Source: Nageia nagi (taxonomy: Eukaryota; Plantae; Pinophyta). Taken from it: a DNA stretch of 64,000 bases. Shown one piece after another: positions 13,194 to 26,209 of this stretch. The DNA lies in NCBI GenBank assembly GCA_050084985.1, contig JBITNC010000001.1, positions 202,120,001 through 202,184,000 of the forward strand, written 5' to 3'. The position numbers and the translations under genes are program-made. The notes under the pieces were generated by a model. It was not told where the DNA came from, made no database searches, and worked only from the letters and a program-made list of their open reading frames with translations. The first letter of the stretch is position 1. Every line of letters begins with the position of its first letter.

Positions 13194-14652
13194 GCATGAC
13201 AAACTCTTAACAATTCTTTAGAGGCTGAGATATTCATATAACATTACTGTGTCAGGTAGCATGGAACTGTTTGAATTCTAAGTTTGAGTGCTTAAATTTT
13301 TTATGACTTTTGTATCTTGTAATACAAAGCACAAACTGTTGCCCTTAGGGTTTAATGTGGATGAGTTCAGACAAGTTACTAAATACCATGAAGAGACCAC
13401 TTTGTAAGCAGACAAGTTTGAGGGCTCTAACATATGCCAAATGATGTTAATTAGGAGATAAGAAGATCAGAACTGAAACTTCATGGAAAGGATCCTGGTA
13501 TAGGCAAATATGGTCTTAAAGTTAGTATTCTATATGATTACTAGATTTATAATTCATCATCCATATGAAAGCGAACATGGAATGAAGGAAAACATATTAA
13601 TGTCAACATATGATCAAAACAGGTGAATGGGTGTCGAGGTATATTGTCATGTTACAACAAAGAATTGTAAGAGAAACTCATCCCTTTAAATAATCTATTC
13701 TTATACAAAGGATACTATGCAAAATGACATAATAATAACTGTGTGGACACTACATTGTTTTTGACAAGTTAAATTTGGATCTATGACATTCTACATTATT
13801 GTTTCAATACTTTAGAGGAATTCTTTATTGGTCTATGCATGGAGAGGTGTGAAAGAGGATGAAGGTGACTTTGATTAACCATAAGGAATCATTATTGAAA
13901 TAATTGGTGATATTTAAAAAAAAATAACGAAAGATGTTGAAGAAAATGATCATCTAATGACAATTCATTTGCAGTTTTGCGCAATTAAGCTTGAAGTCGA
14001 CAAATGTATTTGTTGGTATGTTTTTCTTTTCTTGCCCAATACATGCACAAGACTTGGAGGAAACAACATTACTTGTTTTCGCCTGAAAGGACTGGTTACC
14101 CCAAGTGCTCACATGGAATATGGTCTTGATGGCTCAGCAGTCAGTGATGCATGTTGTTAACCGTATACAAGGGAAATACATGCCGAAGATTCTTTCCACA
14201 AATGAGAAAGACTACAAATGTGAACGAAAGCAAAGAAAGATCACAAATGCAAGGACAAACATAGGGATAAATGCAAGGGAATGCGAGGAAAGGAAAAGAA
14301 TATGAAGACATCACCAGGGATACAATGTCTTGGTAGGTCATCTTCAGATTCATTAAGGTTGATGCATTCACTATCAAGCTGGGCAACAAATAGCAAATAT
14401 GTTCAAATCACTACCAGACGAGAGCAAGACGTTGTAGGGTCTTTGTGGAAGACTCAATAGAGGGGGTAAAACTGAAGTGAGTGCGTGAGTGCAATAACCT
14501 AACTAAATGATATAAAGACATGATGTAAGCCTCAGAATATATCCACTTGCATGCAAACTATGCAAAGAAAGATCAAACTCTTTCACATGAATAATCAATA
14601 AGCAACCCAAAGAAGAACCATTCAAATATGCACAATCCCACAAATGATCTTC

Positions 14653-17600
14653 TGTTGGGAAGGACACCTTTCCTATTACTCTGCGATCACCCATACGATC
14701 AAGACGGGAAAGCAACCCATCATGTAGGTGAGAACGTGTTACTGAACTCCTCTTGTAAGGATTGATACCCCAAGGTTTCTCTCGGAAAGCTCGTGTTGTT
14801 AATATGAGCTTTAAATGTGTAGGTCTTGTTTGGGAATTAGCTGAGTGGTGTAATAGAGGTAATAACTATTAACTCACATTTTTTGTAGGGATCGAGGTGT
14901 TTTATCTTACAATAGTTCGAAAGTTGCCATAAGTTTTAAAGAAAGTGTAAAATAAAGAAAAGAGAAAGTGAGAATGAAGTCGAATACTGGCTAGACTTCA
15001 AAGAGGTAATCATAATGCAACATTGTCTAAATGTTCTCTCTTGGATTGGTTAAGAAATCTTGTTCAATTCAATCAAGTCCTTCAAATGAATGACTATTGT
15101 CCAATCATTCCAAAGATGAGCAAGAAGCGGAATTGATTGTCGGTACTCTGTGAACAGGACCGATGCAACCAAGTGAACTAAACGAGAGTGAAGGTGGATA
15201 GTTTTGAACAAAAGATCTAGGAAGATGTCTTAAGAGAAAGTCAATTTAGAATACTAAGCATTTAACAAGTGATGAATTAGCAATAATTCAAAACAGTTCA
15301 AACATTTTGGAAAGTTTACAACAAATTCTCCTAAACTTCTAAAGTTTTCAAAGAGAAGGCACAAAAATATTTGACTTACAAAAATTGTTCTTAAAAGATC
15401 AATCCACCACTCCCATAGATGAAAACACACTTTGAATCCACTTGTAGCTATTTGTATTATGCTTGCAAAAGAGTTTTGCACAAGTACATCAATTTGCTTT
15501 TCAATTGCAAGAAATTTCAATTTTGAACATTCTACCTTAAAATGTGACCCCCTATGGTCTATTTATAGATTTTTTAGGTCAAAATTTGAGGGTGTTGCCC
15601 TAATTCCTAAAAAAGCTTTAAAATGCTAATTTGAATTCTAAATTGAGATTACAATATCGTTTTAGTGGGAGAACAATCTCATCCCACTAAAATATGCTAA
15701 AAAAAATTGTTTACAAAAATTGATGCCTTATGGCATGCATTTCGAGGCGTTTTGCATCAATTTATCAAAAATTGGAGCTTCGAATCCTCGTTTTGGATCT
15801 TTTTGACAGTCTTTTGAGTTCCTTCCTTCTTTGAATCTGGATTTGCCCATGATGTGATCATTGTGGCAAATTTTCAAGGGATTCTGAGAGAATTTTGTGT
15901 GTGGAATTTTTATTTATTTTTCTAAAAAGATGGGGGGGTTTGAAATTTGGAAATTTTTAAAAAGTGGATTGAGCTTATGGATGGATGGAAGATAGGATTA
16001 TAAGGTACTTGGCAAATTTTAAGAGCTTTTGGGGCTTTTAGGAGGTTTTGGGAAAGATTTGAAGTTTTTGGCAAAATTTTTGATTTTCATGTCTATGGAT
16101 TTTTTTGGTAGAAAAAAGTGAAAATTTCCATAAGAATGAAAAATGCCTCCTAAATTTTTGGGCACTTAAACTTGCTCAAATCTAAAAATTCTCAAGTTTT
16201 AAAGTTGCTTAGAATTCCATTTTACATGCAATGAAGGCAAAATTTTTAATTTTTGAGCAAAATTTGATGTTTCTCCTCAAGTTAGGCACTAGTTTTCACG
16301 TGTGTGGATTTGGAAAGATTGGAAAAACTACACCTTGCTTTTTGGTGTCTTATATGTGCTCAAAATCGAAAATTTGAAAGGTTAAATGTGCTTGGAATGT
16401 CTTTCTCTATGCAATGAAGGGGTCCGACTTGATTTTTGAGTGAATTTGCACTTATCTCTCCATCTTAGGTGCTGATTTTCAGTTCTATGGATTTGTAATG
16501 AGATGTAAACCTGCCCTTAGCTGCTAGAGGCATTAAATGAGCTCAAAATCACTTTTTTTGTTGAGCTAAATGTGTTTTAAATGGCCTTTTCCATGCAATG
16601 AAGTGCTCACACATGGTTGTTGGACCAAATTTGTGAATTCTTGACAACTTAAGTGTTAGATTTCAGCCCTATGGATCTTCAATGACATGAAAATCTGTGC
16701 CTAGATATTTGTGCCCCCAAACTTGCTCAAAAATGTAAATTTGCAAGTTTAAGTGTGTTTAGAATGGGGACTTTTATCCATTTATGCCTTCAAATCTGAT
16801 TTTTGATCAAAATTCCATCTTCCTCCTTGACTTAGGCGCCAAAAAACATTTCATTGGGATTCTATTGGCATGAAAACATGCGACTATGCTTTTGGAGCAT
16901 TTCCTTTGCTCAAAAGTGAAATTTTGTAGACCTAAAGTGCCTTGAAATGCCCTTTTCCTTGCTTACAAACCTTCAAACTTTTGGAAAATTTATCTTTTTT
17001 TCTCATACTAGGCGTTAAAATTCATACCATTGGATTTCCATAGCCTTGGAAACCTGCACCTAGCCTTTAATGTGCTTAAAAGTACTCAAAATTGATTTTC
17101 CCAAGACCTGAATGTGTTCAAAATGCCAAATTTCACTTAATTGACACCTCAAACTTGATTTCTGACCAAAATTTGTTGAATTTTTCATTTTAGGTGCTAT
17201 TTTTTACTCCACTGGATTTGGAAAAACTTGAAAACCTGTGCCTAGGAATTTGAGCCATTCAGCTTGCTTAAATGTGCTAGAAATTGCATTTTTGACCCAA
17301 TGAACACCATAGGACTGATTTTTGTTGAGTTTTGCACTTATCCCTCCAAGTTAGGTGCCAAAAATCACTCCATTGGATTTCCATACAGCTGAAAACATGC
17401 GCCTAGGTTTTTGGGCCTCAAAACTTGCTCAAATTTGGAAAATTGAAGATCTAAATGTGCTTGAAACCCTTTTTTCCATCAATCTATGCCTTTGGTTTGG
17501 TCTTTTGGTCAAAATCCATTTTTCTCCTTCAAGTTAGGCACCAAAATGCAAGACTTTGGGTTTCCAATTACTTGGAAACTTGCGCCTAGGATTTTAGGGC

Positions 17601-18866
17601 ACTTACATGGGTCAAAATTAAATTTTAGACCTAAAGTGCCTTAGAATGGGATTTTACATGCAATCAAACCATCTCTCTTGATTTTCGAGACAAATTTCAT
17701 TTTTCCCTTGGTAGCTAGGCGCCAAAATACACGTCAATGGATTTCCATTGGCTTGAAAAATTGCGCGTAGGCTTGGAGGGCTCAAACTTGGTCAAAATCG
17801 TAAATTTCAAGTCTTAATTGTGTTAGAAATAACCTTATCTCTCCAATGACACTTTTATACTTGATTTTCGACATCATTTGCATTTATCTCTTGAAAAAAT
17901 TTCATATTTTGCCATTCTTGGGAGCTATTTGTCAAAACCCGGGCTTTGATATCACTAAAATTCTCAAACTGTGCTTTTGGACACACCTTGTGCATTTCAG
18001 ACCCATATCTGCTATTTTCGAGCTTAAACTTGACCAAATCCACATTTTTCGTTGTTTCCGAGCTCAACTTGTGCATTTCCAATCATTCCCAACATTATCA
18101 AGCTTAAACTCTAAAAAACGGTAATTTCCGGCATTTACAGTCCAAATCGAGCATAATCTTTGAAAAATGATCATTTTTTGGCATTTTCAGCACTTCAGAG
18201 TTCGAACTCTACATTTCTAGCCATTTCCAATCAAAATTGAACATTTTGTGCATTCCTGACCAAAACCGCACTTTCCAAGCATTCTAGGCTCAACTTTACA
18301 TTTTTGACCATTTCTGAGCTTTCAAACTGTGTAAAAACGCACATTCTTCCCTTGCTGAGCACTTCTGGGCTCAAAATTGGTAAAAATGCACATTTTCTAT
18401 CGTACTTGCCCTTTTTGGCTTTCTAGGGTCAAAATTGACAAAAACGCTTATTTTTGTCATCTTAACCATATTCACTACACCTAGACTCAAAATTGACAAA
18501 AACTCTCATTTTTGTCATCTGGGCACCTTTGTGCTTGAATCCTGCAAAAACACGTTTTTTTGCCACACTTGGCATTTGTGAACTGAAACTCTGCAAAAGC
18601 CACCCCATGTGCATTAACTACACTCTAGACCCAAAAATCCGTGCTCTGATGTTGTCTCTCAGATGTTGGCTATGTGGCTCCAAAACTGGTGAGTGGATAC
18701 TCTGATACTCTTCAGGGTTTTTATTGCAAGATCTCCTTGACTCGCTCCTTGATATCATGTTTGCACTTTTTAGAATGAACTATCTCAAGGCAATGCACCT
18801 CATTGCCTGTGCAAAAATAAGGTCCCCAAAATCTTGTATTTTGGGGTGTGTTGTGTAGGCACAACA
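14653..18866 (-). mobile_element. ORF-less solo LTR 'L' (4214 bp) nested in A2
   Basis: Same 5' terminus TGTTGTGCCTACACAACAC.CCCC, 3' end TCCCAACA. TSD GAATA/GAAGA on minus strand; the uninterrupted site in A3 reads GAACA once (44476-44480). Confidence 0.85.
16250..17800. repeat. Degenerate ~130-bp tandem array in L
   Basis: Recurring TTAGG(C/T)GC...TGGATTT...TGAAAAC.TGCGCCTAG...TTGCTCAAA units. Confidence 0.7.
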
Positions 18867-19633
18867 TATTCCTCACAATATAATTTGATGATTTTATTCT
18901 TTTAGATAGACACATTCATAATGATTTTCAACAACGATACATGCATAGAACCCCTTATGTAGCAAACCTCTATGCAATGGAATGTAAGTATTATAATATG
19001 CAAAGGCTCAAAATGATTACATACATAAATCCAATAGCTAGAATCTCAAAGATGCAAGAACTCCAATATATGATGCTCTCATTAAGTGCAAAAGTCCCAT
19101 GCAAAGTTGTGTTAAGATCCTATGCATAAATTTCTCATATCAAAATCCTTCATGTCAGAATCCAATGCAAAATCCCTAGTGCCAAAATCCTCTTCTAAAT
19201 TGCTTGAGTGGGGTATAAATAGGCCACTAGAAGTGCTGCCCTAAAGGCATCAAATCTGATATGGTGCGCACATATGCAACACACATATCGATACAAAATC
19301 AGATCGTAAAAAACTATGCAAGTGGCACTTAAAGCTGACAAAATATAAATGCCACTGTCAAAATGCATCTAATCTATATCTAATCTATGCAACAGTAAAT
19401 CAGATATGTAATAAATAGTCTGAAAAGTATGACATCTAAACCGGTGGGAGCAAAGCATTATCCTTGCACAGGTGAGAGCCATAAATGAGTATGACAGATT
19501 TGACCTAGCAAGAGCAAAATCTCATCCCTACACCAGTCAAATCGGATGAAATAAAGTCTAACATAACAACCAACATTAAGTATGCATTAAACAAAAAAAA
19601 GATACTGCAGATGAAGTTTGAGGGTGAATAAGA

Positions 19634-22600
19634 CATAGGCCAAATATGATTCGATACGGGTAGAGTTCCACTCCTTGTTGGTGAGATCGTAGGACTCAAT
19701 GGTCTCCTCTAAGAATGCCACAGTCTTTTACATGCCCCTGGAGACCATACCAATAGTACTGCCATTCTGCCGGAAATATCCTTCAATTTTCTTGGACGTA
19801 GCCTGCATCTGGTGTCTCCAAATGACCATCTGCCTCTCATGGATGATGGGATGCCCTGCCTTCAGCAAGTTGAGATTATCAAATTCAAGATGCTCCTGGA
19901 TTAGATTTCGGGCCTTTGCCAATACCGCCTCGTTTTTCCTAATGTTGTTATCCTCCCCTTGGAACTAGAGTTGATAAAGATACTCACTCATCTATTCCTC
20001 GACCTCCTTTCTCAAGGGGATTCTGACTTTTAGGACTACGTTGCACTTCTTAAGTGCATGGTTCAACCAATCATGATGATAGGTGAACTCATGGCAATAG
20101 ACCAACTTTTTAGGGTTGTCGGCGTAAGTGTTGCAGATGGGAAACATTGCGAAGATGACTATTTACGTGCTAAGGTGTGCTGAAATTTGTCTTGAGATCC
20201 TTTATTTCAACACCTTTAACAAGGAGTTTATAAATCTGTGAAGACAATCTCTCGATGGCCTCCATCATTTCGTTCCTAAGCTTCTGCTTCATCAGTTCCC
20301 ATACTTCATGGAAGGAAGTCTGCTTCTGTAGGTTTAAAGGGGTGATGCTAATTTTCTAGAACTCCTTGGTAATCTTCCTACTAGCTATGAGTTCCTTCTT
20401 CAATTTCTTTACGTCTTTTTTTGGCTTCATAGCCTTCTTGCTCCATGATTGCAGCATTTTGAGTAACAATGTGTTTTCTGGCTGTCAACCTTAGTTTCAC
20501 ATGCATCTTGAATGTCTTGATTAAACAATCCTCCGCTCTCTGAGGGTGCTTCTCCTTCGAGTAGCAATGGCTAATGAAGATCTCTTTTCGAGAGGTGGAG
20601 ACAAAAGTGTCGACCCTCCGAATCTTCTCCCCATTTGAAAGTTCTTCCTCCTCATCTCTCATAATGCAAGTCCTTGTCTATGTCTTCATTATGAGCCGTA
20701 CTCATGTTGAGGGCTCTAAGGCAAGCATCCAGGTCAAGATCTGTATGTTCGGTTGCTGGCCGAGGGGGAAACATTTGAACCAACAATCTTCCTTTATCGA
20801 TCTTTTCGCTAGAGTGGTCTGAACTACGGCCATTTCCTTGCCTTGATGCTCCTCTTGCTACCTCTTCTTTTTCTGTTCCTCGGTCTCTCCTTCATCTTCT
20901 TCATATCCTCCATTACTTCCTATAGATAAGCCTTTGTTTCGTAGCTGGGGAGATCTCTTATGACTCCTCTTGGTAGAGGGTTTAATGCGAAGAAGGGGAC
21001 TTCTTCCTATGTGCAACAGGAGAGGACTTAGATGTAGCCACCTCTCTAGCGCATTTCTTCCCAATTATCTGGACATCATCATCATAGGTACCAACGTCTA
21101 CTATCTTATAATCCGGGATGGTTTCAATTTCAGTTTTATCAGGTTCTAAAGCACCTATAACCACGTCCTCTTGCTCAGGCATATTGGTAGCATTGTCAAC
21201 ATCTTCTTCTTCTTCTTCTTTCTTGCTACGGCTTTCTGATTCTTCGCCAGAATCTTCCATCGTATGGTCAAGATCTTCATCAGTTTCTTCATCGAAAGAA
21301 GAAGAGGAACGTTTAGAGCTAGAGCTATAACTTGGTTGTAGAGGGGGAACTTTCTCCGTGGGACTAGGAGAATGGGCAAATCTGGAATGGATTGCCTTAG
21401 TGGATGAACCACCACCAAAAGCTGCATTTACCACATCGTCCAACACATTCAAGGGGAGAGCATGATATCCAGCGTCTGTGAGATCAGCCTTTATTACATT
21501 GCATTTGTTGGGACCCGAGATGGGCTCCCTTGGGGCCTCTTGCCTTTTTCCTGCAGGAAGAAAGTGTGTCTTTCTTGGTGAGGATGTTTTGTGTGTAGCA
21601 AAAAGAGACTTGATCCTTAGAGGGACCTCTTTAGATTGGGGCTTGGTAGTCCGAGGCCTTTGAGGGGGCTTTTCTGCCTGGAGGGGAGCCTTTTTCTTGC
21701 TCAAAAGAGCATCTATTCGTGCAATTTCCCCTTTATCATGCACGTTCCTACACTTTTCTTCATTTCCCAAAGGCTTGTGTGGAAACGTAATGGGCCTATG
21801 GAAGGTTTTGTCATAGAAATGTGTGATTATCCCCTTAGGATCATAGTTCTTAGCAGCTTCTTCCTTGAAGAAGTTGTACTACTGTAGTTCTTCTTTCATA
21901 TGTGTTGCCTCAACCCACGTCTAGCACACATATCGGGATATGAAAATAGGCAAATTTATAGTGGCATTCTTCTTCTTCTAGACTTTCTCCTTCAAGAACA
22001 AGAGTTCCTTGGCAAACTCCATGAGAATCAACTTGTCACTGGCATATTTCAGCAGGAGCAGGGTTTGCTCTTTTGAGCCATAGACTTTGATGTATGTAAA
22101 ATCAACATCCTACAGGAAGAAATCTGCATGTACATTGATGGCTTGAACGGTTGCATAAAAAATTCTCTTCACAATGGACTCCCCTTTGATATCCTTGCAG
22201 ATATCATTCTCCTAGTAATCGATCCTCTCATAGAAATATTGGAACTTGTTCTGATACCACCACTTCTGGTAAGCTCTCCACATAGGGGCGTTTTTCTTCC
22301 CCAAGTATCTTTCGTCAGCCAACTCCTTAGATCTGACTTTGCCATGCAGCAATAGGTACACAAAATAAGAGTTAATATAGAATCTCTTCTTGGAGCCAAA
22401 ATAGGCCAATTGGTGGCATAGGGCATCACTAATTACCCTAGCCCATCGGATAGGTCTCCTCTAATTAATAGCTACAATGAAACCTATGAACTCTCTTCTG
22501 TACTTGACATCATTTTCCTGACTAGTCACCCTAAACAGGAGAGGGATCAACTTCGCCACAATTGGTAGAAATTCCTCTCTCCGTGCACTGATCAGCCTCT

Positions 22601-23155
22601 GCCCTTGAAGGTTTTGATACTCTTCAAGCAACCAGGGTCAAATGTAGTCTGCAGGTCGGGCTGTGGAATCATGGAACTCCTTAGAATAAGCCAATGTATA
22701 ATTGTCCCCATATCTTTTCCAGCCAAAGGCTACTTCAACTCCAGCAGCGGAAAAGTCCATGATCATGTTGCCCTCTGTGTCCCGCAGGACCCTTTTGTCA
22801 TACACTTCTTGGCCACTTCACTGTGTATGGCAAGAAAAGGTACTGCAAATGGCATCATAGCGGCATTGAACAAACCACATGTGTGGATGAGTTCTTTTGA
22901 TAAGTCCTCTTTGCTGATGGAGGACGTGGAGGCTAAGGTTAGGATAGGGTCCAACTTTCCCTAATCTGTGTCACCAACGAAGATATGTCTCCCCTTGAAT
23001 TTGGCTTCAGGGAGCTCTGGTTTGTCTTTCTGCTGAAATTCAATTAAGCTTTCCTTCAAAAGCCAACTCATCTGGCTTTTAGTCACATGCCTTTCGAACA
23101 ACTGGCTTTAAACCTTCTTGGCTCTCAATGGAGGTGCTCTGATGTTCGAAGCCAT
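19634..23155 (-). pseudogene. Decayed full-length long ORF of copy A2
   Basis: ATG at 23155 (MASNIRAPPLRAKK..). Pieces 22763..22954, 22212..22409, 20982..21770, 20381..20662 and 19728..19922 are colinear with A3. Confidence 0.88.
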
Positions 23156-23189
23156 GTAGGAATATGACTTATCTCCCTTTTCAACCCTT

Positions 23190-24700
23190 GACGTTTGACC
23201 AATCTGGGTGCACAGTTTTGGATGAGTGCAAAAGCAAAGCTTGAAAAGCTTGTGACTGGGCCTATGGTCAGTTAGTCAATTATCGGAACACAATACTTCA
23301 CTTCAGATCTGGTCGCATGGTTTTGGATGAGTGCCTTGAGCACAACTTGAAATTATGCGACTAGGTCCAAGGGTTGGATTGAAATGCCTTAGCCAAAAAG
23401 GCTAACTGGGAGTGCAATGTACCCAAAACCTTCCTCCCTCCTTGGTCGCACGTTTTGGAATGAGTGCCTAAGCATGCATGAGAAATGGTGCAACTAGGGA
23501 AAAGGTTAATTCTTGAAATGAAGTGATTGAAATGATCAAGGGGTGGGGGTATTTATAGATTCATGTAGTTGCCAGGTGTCACCTTCCAATTGGTTTGTCT
23601 AAAGGTCAAATAGTGGTCCAAAAACAAGGGTGCATGTTTCTTGAAGGGTGCAAAACGACATGATGAAAATGATGCGACTAGGTCCTTAAGTACTTAGCCA
23701 AATTCCAAACTAAATTTGAAGTTTAACCCCTGGTTGCACCCTTTTGGATGGGTGCTAAAAGCTTGTGCCTCAATCCTTGCGCCTAAGTCTTGGCACGCTT
23801 TCCAAGGCCTGAGATCTCAAGATACTTAAAAAAAAATGCAAGTGCTCCTTGGTCGCACATCCTGGAAGGAGGGCTTTTCTTCTCTACTCCTACGCTCAGC
23901 CCTAGACAGGTTTTCAAACTGAAACAAAGGGGCTGACTTCCTTTTGTAGCCCTTCGGATGGGACAGGTGTCGCCATGGGATAGGTGTGGAAGGAGGTCCA
24001 GTGCATGAGTTCCCACTTGTCAACAAACGAAGTCCGACACTTAGCCAATTTTCCTTCCACTAATCTGGTCGCATGGTTCCGGATGGGTGCAAAAGGGCTC
24101 CTCAAAAACCTTGCGACAATCTTTGATGCCCAAGAAAACAACTAAGTATTCTCCACCTTGGTCACACCCTTTTGGACGAGTGCAAAAGGACTTTCCAAAA
24201 AAACATGCGACAGTCTTAAAGCTCCAAAAAAATGCTAAGTAGGAAACCTCCTCTGGTCGCACTTTTTTGGTGAGTGCAAAAGGACTCACCCAAAAACATG
24301 TGACAACTCTGAAAATGCTAAGTATAGAAGTTGCCACCTTGGTCACACCTTTTCCAAGGGGTGCAGGACTCTTATGAAAACATGGGACAACTTAATGATG
24401 CAACAAAAAAGTGCTAAGTGCGAGAAGTTGTTCACCCTGTTCTCACCCTTTCTAGAGGGTGCACAAGCACTCCCTCAAAAATATGCAACAGGCTGAAAAT
24501 GAGTTCTTTTCCTTTGCTTTTTTGACAAAAAATGACAAATGAAATGCAGATGGGTTCCTACAACATGGAGGTCTTCAGGATGCCTTCAAACATGAAAATG
24601 TAAGTGATAAAAACGAAGAAGGCTGGTTAGTCGCATGGTTTGAGAGGGGTGCAAAAACACTTGTTGAAAAACATGCGACAGGCTGCAAAATGCACGGTTT
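23190..24700. repeat. Array of ~52-bp quasi-palindromic motifs in A2 5' region
   Basis: Repeated GGTCGCA-N13-GTGC-AAAA-G(C/G)AC-N13-TGCGAC units, e.g. 24067-24118 and 24255-24305. Confidence 0.8.
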
Positions 24701-25185
24701 TGACTTCAACTACCATGAAAATGCAATTTAAATATGTTCCCGAAACTAGACCGAAAGATATGCATTCTCTTTGACAAATTTCTTTCACGCAATTCCCTCT
24801 TTGTTTTACTGAGGGTCCTTGAAATGCAAAATTTTGGGGGGGGTGTTGTGTAGGCACAACAGTATTTAAAATCATATTGTAGTTTTTATATTAAATTTTT
24901 CTGATGTACAATAGTTGAGGCTTAAGTTAATAAGGTTTGAATTGAATTAGTAGTGTTTTAATTCATTAAAACTTAATAAAAATTCAAGGTTGATAGAAAG
25001 AAACACATGGTAGAACTCTTGATTTTATGTTTTCCATTTTTCATTACCAAGTGAAATATTGATATTTAAAATGGATCTGTTTATCTTGCTTTCCATCCTA
25101 GAAGTACAAGACTTCTAAATTTTTCTAGATCATATGTATTTGAGATGTAAAAGTGATTAGTTTTTATGTTGATTTTTGCTGGCAG

Positions 25186-25242
25186 AAATTTGCGGCATAT
25201 GATTTTCAAGGAAAACTTGTTGCTGGAGATATGGATGCAATG
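25186..25242 (+). CDS. MRPL45: Internal exon of mL45-like gene (KFAAYDFQGKLVAGDMDAM)
   Basis: T-rich tract plus GGCAG acceptor, GTATGC donor, 19 codons. The QKFxAYDxxGxxVAGD motif forms on joining to the previous exon. The next expected exon (VLVxDIWVFE-type) was not seen in the window. Confidence 0.85.
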
Positions 25243-26209
25243 GTATGCATAGTTTTTACATTAATTTTTAAATTTTAATGGAAAATTTAAAAGTCATTTA
25301 TCAATTACCTCTGACCATAATTATCTTCTCCCTATTATGTTCAATACAAAATACACTCTGAAAGGTTGATATTGAATATCAATTTAAAAAATGCTTTTCT
25401 AGAGAAACAAATTTAAGATCATGATTCATTGGAGATGGGCATTACTCCTTTACCCTCTGTTCTTGAAGTCATGAAATCCTTATTACTGAAACATTCAGCC
25501 TAGTTATACATAAAATGCCTACTGCATTCTCTATTAACTATTTGCTTTATTATTGTTAGACTTAAATCTCAAATTCGTCATAATTGTGTCATGTTTTTAT
25601 ATTAATTCTATTTTGAAGTCATAATTATGCACTTCTTATTCAAGATGCTATATTGTTCATAAGAAATCCTTGCAATCAATATGATTGTCATTACCAAATA
25701 TTCTATTATAAATTCTTTTGTACTTATGCTCAAATTGTTATATAATGTCTTTGATTTAACACATAATTTAACTTGTTGAGTGGTTTCCTAGCGAGCAGGT
25801 GGGCCCAATTATCATGTACAATTGACTGGTTACAAGATGCCTACTGTGTAATAAAAGGATATTCTATTAAGGTTTTACATGTTTATGGTTGGAATTACAG
25901 TGTTGAGATTTTGGAATCAACCTGGTCTGGGCATGTCTATTTTTTACTTAGGATTGGGCTTGACAACCATAAATTTGTTGAATTTAGCAAATTCAACAAA
26001 ATAATGATGTGCTCTTTGCCACCTTTTTGCTCACTTCTTTTTCACTTCCACCCTCCGAGAACTGCTGCTTTATCCTCTCTGATTTTCTTCCAGTTGGAAG
26101 AACTATTATCACCATCAAGATTCTCTATAAGCTATCAACACCAATGTCGAGCTAATAGAGGTGCCTCCATGTTCTTGGTGTAGCCTCTTTATGCAAGAGG
26201 CTACGATTG

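Larger units (their letters stand above)
14011..24861 (-). mobile_element. ORF-bearing solo-LTR-like unit, copy A2 (~6.63 kb after removing nested L)
   Basis: Termini TGTTGTGCCTACACAACA (24861) ... TACCAACA (14011). Perfect TSD GTATT (14006-14010 / 24862-24866). Confidence 0.92.

Noticed and set aside
25773-26183. 136-aa ORF as a host exon or gene
   Set aside because: No recognisable motif, non-ATG start, not a continuation of the mL45-like protein.
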